Counted from the first letter of the stretch, positions 47,279 through 57,713 are shown. The stretch is DNA of 64,000 nucleotides from Flavobacteriales bacterium (GCA_947444925.1 CANFBW010000010.1:3915-67914), one strand, 5' to 3'. Notes: generated by a model not told the origin, from the letters alone. Numbers and translations: made by a program.

Positions 47279-50200
47279 ATGCAAGTCCAATTGCTTTCAG
47301 AAAAATACCGGCTCAACACCGCTATTTCTGAGCTGATCACACATTTGAATCAAAACAACAGTAGCCCGAAAATTCTTTCCGGCGCTAAAGGTTCATTGCC
47401 TGCTTTGATCGCAGCCGGAGTGTGGAACAAAGTCAATACACCCCATGTTTTTTTACTCAACGACAGCGAAGAAGCGGCCTATTTTTACAACGACCTTCAA
47501 CAGTTTATTGATAAAAATGATCTTGCATTTTTTCCGGCATCGTACCGAAATCCATACGAAACAGAGGAAGTGCAAAATGCCAACGTTCTTGCCCGCACCG
47601 AAATAATTGCTGCGCTGGTACGGCACAAAAAAAAAATCATTGTCTCCTATCCCGAAGCGATCGCCGAAAAAGTAGTTTCTGAAAAGGTATTCAAACAACA
47701 CTCTCTGCAAATCAAAAAAGGAGAAGCCCTCTCCGTTGATTTTGTCATCGACGTGCTTTTCGAATACCACTTTGAACGCACCGATTATGTTGTGGAACCC
47801 GGTCAATTTGCAGTGCGTGGAGGCATCGTTGATATTTTCTCCTACTCCAACGATTATCCTTTTCGCGTTGAATTTTTTGGCAACGAAATTGAAAGCATAC
47901 GCACCTTCGATCCCTCCGACCAACTGTCGGTAGATCCACTTGACGTCATCACTGTGGTGCCCGACATTATTGGCAAAGAAAGCACGTCGCAGCGTGAATC
48001 ACTGCTAAATTTCCTGGGCAGCAACTGCGCAGTATGGATTTCAAATCCCGAATTGTTTCAAGAGCAAGTCGACAAGTCTTTTCAAAAAACAACACGCCTC
48101 TTTGAAAAAACCAGCGACTCCCCCATCCAAAAAAGAGCTCCTGAAGAATTATTTTTAGACGAGAAATCTTTTGTTGCCGATCTCAAAAAACACAAAGTCA
48201 TTCACCTCAAAAGCAGTGGCGACAACACCACTGCGGTGCACAGTTCGCCACAACTGAATTTCAACAAAAATTTTCAATTGTTGGTAGAACATCTGAAAGA
48301 ATACCAAGACAAAGATTACGCTATATTTTTGCTTTCCGACAATGTAAAAGAACTCTCGCGACTGAAAGAAATTATTGCGCATCACCCACTGCAAAACAGC
48401 GCAGAACCTATTCGCTATCAATTCATCAACGCAGCGCTGCACGCAGGTTTTATCGACCACGACGAAAAAATTATTTGCTATACCGACCACCAAATATTCA
48501 ACCGCTACCACCGTTTTAAGCTCAAGGAGCGCTACAAAAAAAGCAAGCAATCGATCACGATTAAAGAGCTCACAGGCCTGCACAAAGGGGACTTTGTAGT
48601 GCACACCGATTACGGCATCGGCGTTTTTGACGGACTTGAAACCATTGAAAACGACGGCAAAAAACACGAAGCCGTACGCATTCTCTACAAAGACAGCGAC
48701 CTTTTGTACGTCAACATTCAATCGCTGCACAAGATTAGTCGCTACTCGGGCAAAGAAGGCAAGGAACCCACCATGAATAAATTGGGTACCGCCACTTGGA
48801 AAACAAAAAAAGAAAACACCAAAAAGAAGGTCAAAGAAATTGCCTACGACCTCATTCAACTGTACGCCAAAAGAAAGGCTCAGAAAGGCTTTTCATACAG
48901 TCCCGACAATTACCTGCAACAAGAACTTGAAGCGTCATTCATTTACGAAGATACGCCCGATCAGGAAAAAGCAACAGTGGCGGTGAAAGAGGACATGGAA
49001 AAGATATTTCCAATGGACCGCCTCGTTTGTGGTGACGTTGGTTTTGGTAAAACAGAAATTGCCATTCGCGCCGCATTTAAAGCAGTATGCGACAACAAAC
49101 AAGTTGCCGTACTAGTGCCTACTACCATTCTTGCACTTCAGCATTTTCGCTCTTTTCAAGAACGCTTCAAAGATTTCCCGTGTAAGGTCGATTACATCAA
49201 CCGCTTCCGCACTGCCAAACAACAGCGCGAAACACTCGATCAACTGAAGGAAGGAAAAGTAGATATCATCATCGGCACCCACCGCATCGTTGGAAAAGAC
49301 GTGATCTTCAAAGACCTTGGTCTATTGATTATCGATGAAGAACAAAAATTTGGCGTCGCCATCAAAGACAAATTGAAACTGATCAAAGCCAACGTTGACA
49401 CACTTACGCTCACAGCAACACCCATCCCGCGCACACTGCAATTCTCACTCATGGGCGCACGCGACCTCAGCGTCATCAATACGCCGCCACCCAATCGCTA
49501 TCCTGTTGAAACCACTGTCACTAGCTTCAACGACGAAATGCTGCGCGATGCCATTCGCTTTGAATTAGAGCGGGGCGGACAAGTATTTTTTGTGCACAAC
49601 AAGGTGGGCAACATTATGGAAATTGCAGGCAAAATTCAACGCTTGTTGCCAAGCGCTCGCGTGGCTATTGGTCACGGACAAATGGATGGCCAAAAATTAG
49701 AAGAAGTGATGCTCGATTTTATTGAAGGACAGTACGACGTGCTCGTGGCCACCACCATCATTGAATCGGGATTAGACATTCCCAATGCCAACACCATCAT
49801 CATCAATAACGCGCAAAATTTTGGATTGAGCGATTTGCACCAAATGCGCGGAAGGGTTGGCCGTTCCAACAAAAAAGCTTTTTGCTATTTGCTCACGCCG
49901 CCACTTTCTACCCTGAGCGATGAATCACGCAAACGCTTGCGCGCCATCGAAGAATTTTCAGATTTAGGCAGCGGATTCAACATCGCCATGCGCGACCTAG
50001 ACATTCGCGGCGCAGGAGATTTATTGGGTGCCGAGCAATCGGGATTTATCACCGATGTGGGGTACGATATGTACCAACGCATTCTCGACGAAGCTCTTTT
50101 TGAATTGAAAGAAACTGAATTCAAAGATTTGTACGAAGGCGAACCCAACGTGCGCATGTTTGCCGACGAATGTGTGATCGACACCGACATTGAAATATTG

Positions 50201-50626
50201 ATTCCTACCAACTATGTCAACACCGTATCTGAGCGCTTGTCGTTGTACAAAGAGCTCAACGAAATAAAAAGCGAAGAACAATTGCTGCTCTTCGAAAAAC
50301 AAATGATCGACCGCTTTGGCGCCATACCAAAAGCAACGCGAGAATTGTTTAACGCGATGCGCTTGCGCTGGTTGGGGCAAAAACTGGGCTTCGAAAAAAT
50401 ATTGTTGAAAAACAATAAATTGCGCGGTCACTTTTTAGGCGATCAAAACAACAATTATTTTCAATCTACACAATTCGGCGCCACCTTGAAATACGTGCAA
50501 GACCATCCACAAAAATGCCAGCTAAAACAAGTAAAAGACAAACTCACTTTGGTGATGGAATATATTTCAACAATAGAAGAAGCGAAGGAAGCGCTGGCAA
50601 AAATTGCAGCACCTATTAAAGTCTGA
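47279..50626 (+). CDS. mfd: Transcription-repair coupling factor Mfd
   Basis: 1115 aa. Contains a UvrB-homology region, an RNAP-interaction (CarD-like) domain, the helicase motifs GDVGFGKTE and DEEQKFGV, and the TRG motif region. Confidence 0.95.
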   Translation: MQVQLLSEKYRLNTAISELITHLNQNNSSPKILSGAKGSLPALIAAGVWNKVNTPHVFLLNDSEEAAYFYNDLQQFIDKNDLAFFPASYRNPYETEEVQNANVLARTEIIAALVRHKKKIIVSYPEAIAEKVVSEKVFKQHSLQIKKGEALSVDFVIDVLFEYHFERTDYVVEPGQFAVRGGIVDIFSYSNDYPFRVEFFGNEIESIRTFDPSDQLSVDPLDVITVVPDIIGKESTSQRESLLNFLGSNCAVWISNPELFQEQVDKSFQKTTRLFEKTSDSPIQKRAPEELFLDEKSFVADLKKHKVIHLKSSGDNTTAVHSSPQLNFNKNFQLLVEHLKEYQDKDYAIFLLSDNVKELSRLKEIIAHHPLQNSAEPIRYQFINAALHAGFIDHDEKIICYTDHQIFNRYHRFKLKERYKKSKQSITIKELTGLHKGDFVVHTDYGIGVFDGLETIENDGKKHEAVRILYKDSDLLYVNIQSLHKISRYSGKEGKEPTMNKLGTATWKTKKENTKKKVKEIAYDLIQLYAKRKAQKGFSYSPDNYLQQELEASFIYEDTPDQEKATVAVKEDMEKIFPMDRLVCGDVGFGKTEIAIRAAFKAVCDNKQVAVLVPTTILALQHFRSFQERFKDFPCKVDYINRFRTAKQQRETLDQLKEGKVDIIIGTHRIVGKDVIFKDLGLLIIDEEQKFGVAIKDKLKLIKANVDTLTLTATPIPRTLQFSLMGARDLSVINTPPPNRYPVETTVTSFNDEMLRDAIRFELERGGQVFFVHNKVGNIMEIAGKIQRLLPSARVAIGHGQMDGQKLEEVMLDFIEGQYDVLVATTIIESGLDIPNANTIIINNAQNFGLSDLHQMRGRVGRSNKKAFCYLLTPPLSTLSDESRKRLRAIEEFSDLGSGFNIAMRDLDIRGAGDLLGAEQSGFITDVGYDMYQRILDEALFELKETEFKDLYEGEPNVRMFADECVIDTDIEILIPTNYVNTVSERLSLYKELNEIKSEEQLLLFEKQMIDRFGAIPKATRELFNAMRLRWLGQKLGFEKILLKNNKLRGHFLGDQNNNYFQSTQFGATLKYVQDHPQKCQLKQVKDKLTLVMEYISTIEEAKEALAKIAAPIKV

Positions 50627-51170
50627 TCTGTCCCGTTATATTTTTAACTCGGTAATGCGTGAAAGTTTCATCAGAAACTAGTCCTTTACCCGTAATGATC
50701 TTGTCTTTAGTGGTAATGCGTACATACTCTTCTGTAAATATCTTTCGCGTGTTGGCATCCCAAACCAAGTGCTCGGTATTTAGTTTATCTCCAACTTTAT
50801 TGAATACCACAACATTTCCTTTGGCCTCCATTTGATTTGATGTGCGAAAGCGTGTGGCGTGGTTGGCGGTCATCTCTGATTCAACATTTTTCTCCTGATC
50901 AAAAAACCAAAGATGCACACCCTTTTTAAATTCGTCGTGGGCAATATCACCATCGTACTGCTCCATCACCTTTCCCTGCAAACGAACGCGCACAATGGCT
51001 GAATCGCTGTAAAGCACATCGTAATCGAGATAAGTTGTGGACGGAAATTTATTTACAACGGTAGCTGTGGCCACTTCCTCTAAATCATTTTTACAGGAAG
51101 TAAAAAAAAGCAAAAAATACAAGCCCAACAATAGAAATGCATTGAACTTCAAAAACTGCTTATCACCCAT
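50616..51170 (-). CDS. lptC: LPS export system periplasmic protein LptC
   Basis: An N-terminal anchor/lipoprotein-like segment (LLFFTSC) followed by a beta-jellyroll-like repeat pattern. It sits in the conserved Bacteroidota position after coaX and an outer-membrane gene. The ATG at 51170 lies directly after the upstream stop. Confidence 0.6.
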   Translation of the reverse strand: MGDKQFLKFNAFLLLGLYFLLFFTSCKNDLEEVATATVVNKFPSTTYLDYDVLYSDSAIVRVRLQGKVMEQYDGDIAHDEFKKGVHLWFFDQEKNVESEMTANHATRFRTSNQMEAKGNVVVFNKVGDKLNTEHLVWDANTRKIFTEEYVRITTKDKIITGKGLVSDETFTHYRVKNITGQIRL

Positions 51171-51171
51171 C

Positions 51172-52467
51172 TTAATCGAGTTTACGCTTGATAAACCACT
51201 TGTCATTAAAGGTAAAGCCAAGATTAAATTTGTAGTAATCCTCCTGCACAAGTCCATTGCTAAGGCTACCTCTTCGGCCAATTTCAAATCCTAAATTGAT
51301 GTAAGATCCAAACAATTCTCTTTCAAATTTAAGTTTGCGCAACGGAAAACCCATGCCCAAGCTCAAGCCAAAATCATTGATCGCACTGCCATTCACCATC
51401 AAAGGCAAGGTTCCATAGCGCAATCCACAACGGTATGCAACGCGTTTTTGATAGTTCTCATTGCCCACTGCACCAGCATTTGGCACGTACTGTGCGCCAA
51501 CGTTAATACTTCGTCCTAAGGCAGCGGATGCGCCGTTGATCAAGCCCATATTAGACCATTCCTGTTGCTTATAATCAGCAGTAACAATCACCTTTTCTTT
51601 GTAGTTCATGGTCAGTCCGGCTCCGAAATAAGACGGGTATTTCACTGTAATTCTATCGGGACTTCCTGAATTGTCAACAACCACATTTTTAATGTTTCCA
51701 CTGTACAGAACGTCTATTAACACATTTTGAGAAGTACTAACTTGCAATTCAGCCGATGAAACATTCATCATTTGTTGCAAACCATATACAGCGCCCAAAG
51801 TAAAACTAAGATTGTCGTTAACGGGCAATTGATACTGGGCACCAAAATCAAAAGTTAAATTTGAAAATCCATATTGATTTTCCACATAAGAATTGGTGAA
51901 AGTGGTGTCGAGTGCTCTTAATTTTTCACGCAGAATGGTGCCAAAAACATAATTCATTTTTCCGCCAACCGAGAAATTTCTATACTGATAACCTGTTCCG
52001 ATAAACACGGTGTTGAGCCCTCCGGCGCCATGGTAATAATCATTCACGGTTCCCAAAATCGGATCGGTACTTGTGCGTTTCACGCGATAGCCCATTGAGG
52101 CAAAAGGAGTCAAACCAGCCATTGCACCCCAACCTTTGAGCAACGGAACGCCAACACCAATTGTACCTAATGAAGCATCTGTATAAGAAGCAGGATCATT
52201 CACACCATCTTTAGCACTAACGCTATTAGACACCGCGTTCACATCAAAAGTCACATATTTCAAATTACCGAGTGACGCTGGATTGAATAGATTAAGATTT
52301 GTACTGCTATTCATCGCAATACCTGTATTGCCCATTCCAAAACTTTGCCCAAACTGATGCGGATACAACATCCCCAAACCAAATTGGGAATAAACGGAAT
52401 TTGATCCACCTTGCGCAAAAGCTGAGCAAGTGAACAAAACAAGAAGGGCAAGTATTTTAACGCGCAT
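51172..52467 (-). CDS. Putative outer-membrane beta-barrel protein
   Basis: Signal peptide MRVKILALLVLFTCSAFAQ, alternating beta-strand pattern, Gly/Asn/Tyr-rich composition, and an aromatic residue near the C-terminus. Confidence 0.6.
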   Translation of the reverse strand: MRVKILALLVLFTCSAFAQGGSNSVYSQFGLGMLYPHQFGQSFGMGNTGIAMNSSTNLNLFNPASLGNLKYVTFDVNAVSNSVSAKDGVNDPASYTDASLGTIGVGVPLLKGWGAMAGLTPFASMGYRVKRTSTDPILGTVNDYYHGAGGLNTVFIGTGYQYRNFSVGGKMNYVFGTILREKLRALDTTFTNSYVENQYGFSNLTFDFGAQYQLPVNDNLSFTLGAVYGLQQMMNVSSAELQVSTSQNVLIDVLYSGNIKNVVVDNSGSPDRITVKYPSYFGAGLTMNYKEKVIVTADYKQQEWSNMGLINGASAALGRSINVGAQYVPNAGAVGNENYQKRVAYRCGLRYGTLPLMVNGSAINDFGLSLGMGFPLRKLKFERELFGSYINLGFEIGRRGSLSNGLVQEDYYKFNLGFTFNDKWFIKRKLD

Positions 52468-53182
52468 TGTATTCTAAAATTACATTCAGCCCTCTCAAAA
52501 CGAGATAAGGGTCGGCAAATATCTTCATATTTAACAGGCTTTCAAAATAAGAAGCATCTCCACCTGTAAATATCACTTTTAAATCTTTGTATTCTGCATC
52601 GTATGCCGCCATAGAACCGGAAATTTCAAATAAAATACCATTCACCACTCCCGACTGCATACAACTTTCGGTGCTATCACCGGTAAGTGTAGGCAAAGTG
52701 GGGCTTCCTGCGGGGATTAACGGAAGCTTATCTGTAAAAGTATGCATTGCCTTAAAACGCAAGTTCAATCCAGGTGCAATAGCGCCACCACAATAAACAC
52801 CTTGCGCACTCACAAATTCAGTGGTGATGCAGGAACCAAAATCAAAAACCAATACATTTTGTTTGGGAAAACGAGCTTGTGCACCAACTGCTGCCGCCAA
52901 ACGGTCTAAGCCCAAAGTAGCGGGTGTTGCATAGTGCACTAATATAGGCAGTGGGGTTGACTGCGAAAACAGCAAAATCTCGCTTTTAGCACAGCGCTCC
53001 AAAAAATTTACAGATAATTTTTTTACCGTCGAAACAATAATTTTACTGTACTGTTCGGCATCCACAAACCGCCACAATTCTTCCTCCGAAAAAGCATCAA
53101 AAACCTTGCTGCCACTCAATTCTTGATTATTGAACCAAGCCACTTTAGTTTTTGTATTTCCTATATCTACTGCCAAATGCAT
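52457..53182 (-). CDS. coaX: Type III pantothenate kinase
   Basis: MHLAVDIGNTKTKVAWF, and the motifs DRL and DFGSCITT of the ASKHA-fold CoaX family. Confidence 0.9.
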   Translation of the reverse strand: MHLAVDIGNTKTKVAWFNNQELSGSKVFDAFSEEELWRFVDAEQYSKIIVSTVKKLSVNFLERCAKSEILLFSQSTPLPILVHYATPATLGLDRLAAAVGAQARFPKQNVLVFDFGSCITTEFVSAQGVYCGGAIAPGLNLRFKAMHTFTDKLPLIPAGSPTLPTLTGDSTESCMQSGVVNGILFEISGSMAAYDAEYKDLKVIFTGGDASYFESLLNMKIFADPYLVLRGLNVILEYNAR

Positions 53183-53248
53183 CGTTCAAAGTTAGACCTA
53201 TTTTCATAGAATAGAAATGCGAATGTTTTATTATTTAAAAAATATACT

Positions 53249-53256
53249 TAGTTTTG
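53249..53256 (+). promoter_or_regulatory. Candidate -7 box (TAGTTTTG) for tRNA-Phe
   Basis: Exact TAnnTTTG match ending 18 nt upstream of the mature tRNA 5' end. Confidence 0.4.
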
Positions 53257-53274
53257 CCCTCCATTATTTAAAAT

Positions 53275-53347
53275 GGTGCCTTAGCTCAGTCGGTAGAGCA
53301 GCAGACTGAAAATCTGCGTGTCGCTGGTTCAATTCCAGCAGGCACCA
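53275..53347 (+). tRNA. tRNA-Phe (anticodon GAA)
   Basis: I folded the cloverleaf by hand. Acceptor stem GGTGCCT/AGGCACC, D stem GCTC/GAGC, anticodon stem GCAGA/TCTGC with loop CTGAAAA, T stem GCTGG/CCAGC with loop TTCAATT. The discriminator is A and CCA is not encoded. Confidence 0.95.
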
Positions 53348-53356
53348 CAAAAATGG

Positions 53357-53389
53357 AAAAAGCCTTTAGAGCAATCTAAAGGCTTTTTT
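53357..53389. terminator. Bidirectional hairpin terminator (for tRNA-Phe and the convergent ClC gene)
   Basis: AAAAAGCCTTTAGA - gcaa - TCTAAAGGCTTTTTT, a perfect stem flanked by A and T runs. Confidence 0.8.
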
Positions 53390-53453
53390 ATTTATGGATT
53401 GGCCCAGATTAAGTGTACCACTGATTCAAATTTGAAATCGCGTCTTTTCGTAT

Positions 53454-55265
53454 TTACGTTTGAATCAATTTTTCGCGGTACCTCACCAATAGACTTGATT
53501 TAGACACAAAGCCAATATACTTGCCTTCATCAATTACGGGTAGATTCCAAGCATTGGTTTCATCAAATTTTTTCATCACCGATTGAATAGATTCGTCAGA
53601 AGAAATAATGGCCGGAGGATTGTGCATGAGTTGTTTTACAAATACACTTTCGTACAAATCATGTTTGAACATAATTTCACGAATATCATCAAGAACAATG
53701 ATCCCCACAAGAATTTCATGTTTAACAACAGGGAAAATATTTCTTTTAGAAGTAGAAACAACTTCCGTTAATTCGCCTAAAGTGGCATCTGGAGAAATAC
53801 TTTGAAAGTTTTTTTCAATAACGTACATTGTTTTGAGAGAAGCTAAAATATTTTTGTCCTTATCATCCACAAATAAATGTCCTTGCTTTGCTAAGTTTTT
53901 AACATCCAAAGAATGCGGTTCAAAATAGCGGGCGATCATAAAACTAAAGGCAGAGACAATCATTAGTGGAATCATTAATTCATAACCTCCCGTCAATTCT
54001 GCAATAAGAAATATAGCTGTCAAAGGCGCGTGAAAAACCCCACTTAAGATGCCCGCCATTGCTACCAAAGTGAAATTGCTAACAGGAATATCCCTAAACC
54101 CTAATAGACTTAAAATAATGGCAAATCCAAATCCTAAAAAGGCCCCCACAAAAAGAGATGGAGCAAAATTCCCTCCATTCCCTCCTGAGCCAACAGTTAA
54201 TGCTGCTGCTATGGGTTTAAATAACATGGTTAAAATAATAACTAAAGCAATTGCCAATTTATTGGTTATGAGGTCGGCAAAAACACTATGCGCAAACAAC
54301 TCATTTGTTTCTAGAGAAGAAAATGTTTTGATACTTTCGTATCCTTCTCCAAACAAAGGAGGAAAAATTAAAATCAATATTGACAAGCTGAGACCGCCAA
54401 CCAATGCTTTTGTATAAATACTCCATGTTTTATGATGGATGCTTGTCTCTATCTTTAAAAAAACTCGCAAGTAATATACCGACATAACACCCGCTAAGAG
54501 ACCCAAAATGATATAAAATGGCACATTGTGGTAATCAAATTTTTGGGTTAGTTTAAATGACAGTAAGATTTCTTCTTTCAAAATTATTTTTGACAATAAC
54601 GCCCCTGTTGCTGCAGAAATAATAAGGGGTATAAAAGCAGAAATAGAAATATCAGCAAGCAACACTTCTAAAGCAAACAAGACACCAGCGATAGGGGCGT
54701 TGAAAGCAGCACCAATACCAGCGGCAGCCCCGCAAGCTAAAAGCAGCGTGCGATCCTTATAATTAACATGATAAGTTCTGGAATAATTAGAGCCAATGGC
54801 TGACCCTGTTGTTACGATCGGAGACTCCAAACCCACCGATCCTCCAAACCCCACGGTGATGGCACTTGTAATAGCATTCGAATACATCAAATGTTTGGGC
54901 AAAAAACTGCCTTTTTTTACAATCGAAAACAATATACTTTCCGTGCCTTTTTCCAACTTTCCTTTAAAATACTTTCTGATAATCAAAGCCGTAAAAAAAA
55001 TGCCAATTGTCGGGAAGATTAAATAAAGAAAATGTTGGAAATTTAAATGGAAATCTTTTGTGATGGTGATGCGAATATAATGCACTACTGTTTTTAAAAC
55101 CACGGCCATTCCTCCCGCTGTTAAACCAACCAGGATACTGGATACAATAAGAAATTGTTTCGGGTTTAATTTCCTGTGAAGCCAGTGAATGTAAACTTGG
55201 TATTTGAGCTCTTTTCTTTTCACGCTATAAGATATCGAAATTAAAGTAAATCTTTGTTCTGGCAA
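53454..55265 (-). CDS. ClC-family voltage-gated chloride channel/antiporter with C-terminal CBS pair
   Basis: GGSVGLESP, GIGAAFNAPIAGVLFALE and GGNFAPSLFVGA match ClC selectivity-filter motifs. The last 140 aa or so form two CBS domains. The start is uncertain: TTG at 55265 or GTG at 55223. Confidence 0.88.
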   Translation of the reverse strand: MPEQRFTLISISYSVKRKELKYQVYIHWLHRKLNPKQFLIVSSILVGLTAGGMAVVLKTVVHYIRITITKDFHLNFQHFLYLIFPTIGIFFTALIIRKYFKGKLEKGTESILFSIVKKGSFLPKHLMYSNAITSAITVGFGGSVGLESPIVTTGSAIGSNYSRTYHVNYKDRTLLLACGAAAGIGAAFNAPIAGVLFALEVLLADISISAFIPLIISAATGALLSKIILKEEILLSFKLTQKFDYHNVPFYIILGLLAGVMSVYYLRVFLKIETSIHHKTWSIYTKALVGGLSLSILILIFPPLFGEGYESIKTFSSLETNELFAHSVFADLITNKLAIALVIILTMLFKPIAAALTVGSGGNGGNFAPSLFVGAFLGFGFAIILSLLGFRDIPVSNFTLVAMAGILSGVFHAPLTAIFLIAELTGGYELMIPLMIVSAFSFMIARYFEPHSLDVKNLAKQGHLFVDDKDKNILASLKTMYVIEKNFQSISPDATLGELTEVVSTSKRNIFPVVKHEILVGIIVLDDIREIMFKHDLYESVFVKQLMHNPPAIISSDESIQSVMKKFDETNAWNLPVIDEGKYIGFVSKSSLLVRYREKLIQT

Positions 55266-55513
55266 ACATTAAAGCCAACATCATCATGAAAATTCTACTG
55301 TAGATTTACTAATAGTGCTAGGAAACATGTTTTATACGCCTGATTATTCACAAACACAGAGCCCTTAGAAATATTTATGGGAATTGTATGTTGGATTACC
55401 GTCGAAATCATGGGCAGGGATCTTCCCATAAAGTGAGCAAAAGAACAATGTGTGAATGCGTATTTATGCCCAGTATGAAAATGGGGTAATTACAATCACT
55501 TGATGAGATAGAT

Positions 55514-55550
55514 GCAAAAAAAAGCCTTCCCATCGTCTGGAAAGGCTTTC
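55514..55550 (-). terminator. Rho-independent terminator after osmC
   Basis: On the minus strand, AAAGCCTTTCC - loop - GGAAGGCTT (one bulge) is followed by T8. Confidence 0.7.
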
Positions 55551-55567
55551 ATTATTGGTTTTGATGC

Positions 55568-55978
55568 TTACGCCAAAGTAAATTCCAAAGTAATGTTGGT
55601 ATTCAACAACTTTGAAATTGGACAGTTCACTTTTGCGTCGTTTGCTGCAGTAGCAAATTGCTCGGCACTAATACCAGGTACCTTAGCTGTTACTTTCAGC
55701 GCAGATTCTGTTACAGCACCTGCTTCTAAAGTGATGGCACAAGAAGTATCAATTGCATCCGCAGTAAAGCCGGCTGCATTTAAAATAAAGCTCAATTTCA
55801 TAGTGAAGCATCCTGCGTGCGCGGCTGCAATTAATTCTTCTGGATTGGTACCCACGCCTTCTTCAAAGCGAGAAACATAAGAGTATTGTGTTTTGTTCAA
55901 CACGGTACTTTGTGTAGAAACATTTCCTTTACCTTCCTTTCCTGTTCCTTGCCACTCGGCTGTTGCTGTTCTTTTCAT
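55568..55978 (-). CDS. osmC: OsmC-family peroxiredoxin
   Basis: 136 aa. NPEELIAAAHAGCFTMKL contains the first conserved Cys and a second Cys lies in DTSCAITL, as expected for the OsmC subfamily. Confidence 0.85.
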   Translation of the reverse strand: MKRTATAEWQGTGKEGKGNVSTQSTVLNKTQYSYVSRFEEGVGTNPEELIAAAHAGCFTMKLSFILNAAGFTADAIDTSCAITLEAGAVTESALKVTAKVPGISAEQFATAANDAKVNCPISKLLNTNITLEFTLA

Positions 55979-56100
55979 ATCTCTTGTTTTAATTGGTTTA
56001 TCAAATGCGCAGCATAGATAAGCACTTTTATTTAAATACGATGCCGCTCAACTATTGCTTTTATTTATACCATCATCGTTACGGCAAATATTCCAAACCA

Positions 56101-56754
56101 TTACTTCACTATTTTAAACTGAAACATCGGACTGCCATAAGCACCGTACAAACGTACCCACAAAGGCAGTAATTGCTCGGTTCCTCGCGCCGTTGTGATA
56201 TCGCCCAAATCTAAAATGTTTTCTTTTTTCCATGCGAAAGAAGTCAACAATGTAACTACTTCTGCTTTTGCTTCTGCCGAATTACCACTGATGAAAATAT
56301 TGTGGTCGCCGCCATTCACCAAAAGTGGATTTACCATCAACTGGCAGTTTAATGTGTTTAATGTCTTTACCACTTTGGTATCAGGAAATAGCTTTTGAAT
56401 TTCTTCGCCCAATGAATTGTCGTTCACGATAGAAAGCACGGGCGGCATGCCTTTGCTGAAATCAAGGGGATTTGAAATATCGATCAATATCTTTCCTTTT
56501 AAATTTTCGGCACCTGCCAGCGTTAATGCATCAAGAGTATTCAATCCTTTTGTGCAATTGAAAACAATTGAAGCAAATTGTGCCGCATCGGCGAAAGTGC
56601 CCTGTGCTGCGCCTGCTCCCGACTTGGCCACCCAAGCCGCCGCCTTTTCATTGTTGTTCGTTCTTGATCCCATCATTACTGAATGCCCCAAAGAAAGCAA
56701 TTTAGTAGCGATCACATCGCCTACCATACCTGTACCCAATACTGCAATTTTCAT
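56101..56754 (-). CDS. NAD(P)-binding oxidoreductase (NADPH-dependent F420 reductase-like family)
   Basis: N-terminal Rossmann motif MKIAVLGTGMVGDVIATKL...MGSR, with about 217 aa overall as in this family. Confidence 0.7.
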   Translation of the reverse strand: MKIAVLGTGMVGDVIATKLLSLGHSVMMGSRTNNNEKAAAWVAKSGAGAAQGTFADAAQFASIVFNCTKGLNTLDALTLAGAENLKGKILIDISNPLDFSKGMPPVLSIVNDNSLGEEIQKLFPDTKVVKTLNTLNCQLMVNPLLVNGGDHNIFISGNSAEAKAEVVTLLTSFAWKKENILDLGDITTARGTEQLLPLWVRLYGAYGSPMFQFKIVK

Positions 56755-56758
56755 AGTA

Positions 56759-57127
56759 TTAATTTTTTGTTTTTACGGTTAACGAATAAAAAAGAATGCC
56801 TAGAGCAAAAGCGTGCAAAAGCACCATGATCCAGGTTTTTAGAAAAGGCCATATCAATGCACAATACAAAAGCATAAACAAAGCACAAACTATCGCAATA
56901 TACGTTGCATTTTTTTGCTTTTGCTTTAACCCACTGAAAAGAAAAAGAAGCACTGTACCACAAAAAAGCAACACCAATCCATCTACCAACAGGCGCAACA
57001 AATTTCTATCGTAGTGTGCGGCATGCGGCGACAACAGCACAAAAACCTCGTGCAACAAGCCATTGGCGACAGTCCAAATACCCACACCAAAAACAAAATG
57101 CGGCATGTAGCGCAGCAATTTTTCCAT
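56759..57127 (-). CDS. Hypothetical membrane protein
   Basis: 122 aa with 4 predicted TM helices. It is probably co-transcribed with the oxidoreductase and lies divergent from the HxlR regulator. Confidence 0.5.
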   Translation of the reverse strand: MEKLLRYMPHFVFGVGIWTVANGLLHEVFVLLSPHAAHYDRNLLRLLVDGLVLLFCGTVLLFLFSGLKQKQKNATYIAIVCALFMLLYCALIWPFLKTWIMVLLHAFALGILFYSLTVKTKN

Positions 57128-57285
57128 TCAATACAAGTTGTTTTTACTTTTGAATTATATTGTAATAAGTATAGTAAAGGAAAAAAGTAAATTCCACAAT
57201 TGCAAGAACCGTAAGCGCGCACACCTACTGTCAATAGTAACAGTTATGCATCGCAGCAAAGGAAAAAAACTATAAAATAAATTTT

Positions 57286-57609
57286 ATGATCATTGACGGA
57301 CAAGAAAAAATAGTGCAATTGTGGGGCAAAGAATTCCATTGTGCCCTTGACATCACCATGCACTATATTGGCGGCAAATGGAAAACCGTTATTTTATGGT
57401 ACTTGCGCAACGACACGAAGCGCTTTAGTGAAATCAAAAAACATGTTCCCGACATCACCGAAAAAATGCTGAGTTTGCAACTACGCAGCCTCGAAGAAGA
57501 CGGCATCATCAAGCGCAAGGTATACGCCGAAGTGCCGCCAAAAGCAGAATACAACTTAACCGCCTTCGGAAAAACAATGTTGCCTATGATAGAAGAAATC
57601 GTAAAATAG
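57286..57609 (+). CDS. HxlR-family winged-helix transcriptional regulator
   Basis: C.LD.T...IGGKWK..ILW.L.....RFSEIKK....IT.KMLS.QLR.LEEDGII.R..Y.EVPP..EY.LT..G, the canonical HxlR pattern. Confidence 0.88.
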   Translation: MIIDGQEKIVQLWGKEFHCALDITMHYIGGKWKTVILWYLRNDTKRFSEIKKHVPDITEKMLSLQLRSLEEDGIIKRKVYAEVPPKAEYNLTAFGKTMLPMIEEIVK

Positions 57610-57713
57610 GGGCGTGAACTCGGAAAAAAAGAAGGGAAAATCGTCAACCGAGCACCAAAAAAAGAAAGAATTTTATGCCTAAAAAAAAGAAGCTCAACGA
57701 CCTTCCAAGCACA

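Noticed and set aside
48155-48859. 234-aa minus-strand ORF inside mfd, and similar antisense ORFs at 34688..35236 (in actB), 9125..9628 (in mgtE), 55512..55880 (in osmC) and 42029..42400 (in infB)
   Set aside because: They lie antisense to strongly supported genes. Their composition (F/V/N-rich or A/G/T/S-rich mirror sequence) is typical of the reverse frame of real coding sequence.
57226-57246. Imperfect inverted repeat TACTGTCAATAGTAACAGTTA upstream of hxlR, as a candidate HxlR operator
   Set aside because: The arms match only partially (ACTGT/ACAGT plus a few flanking positions), which is too weak to call without comparative data.
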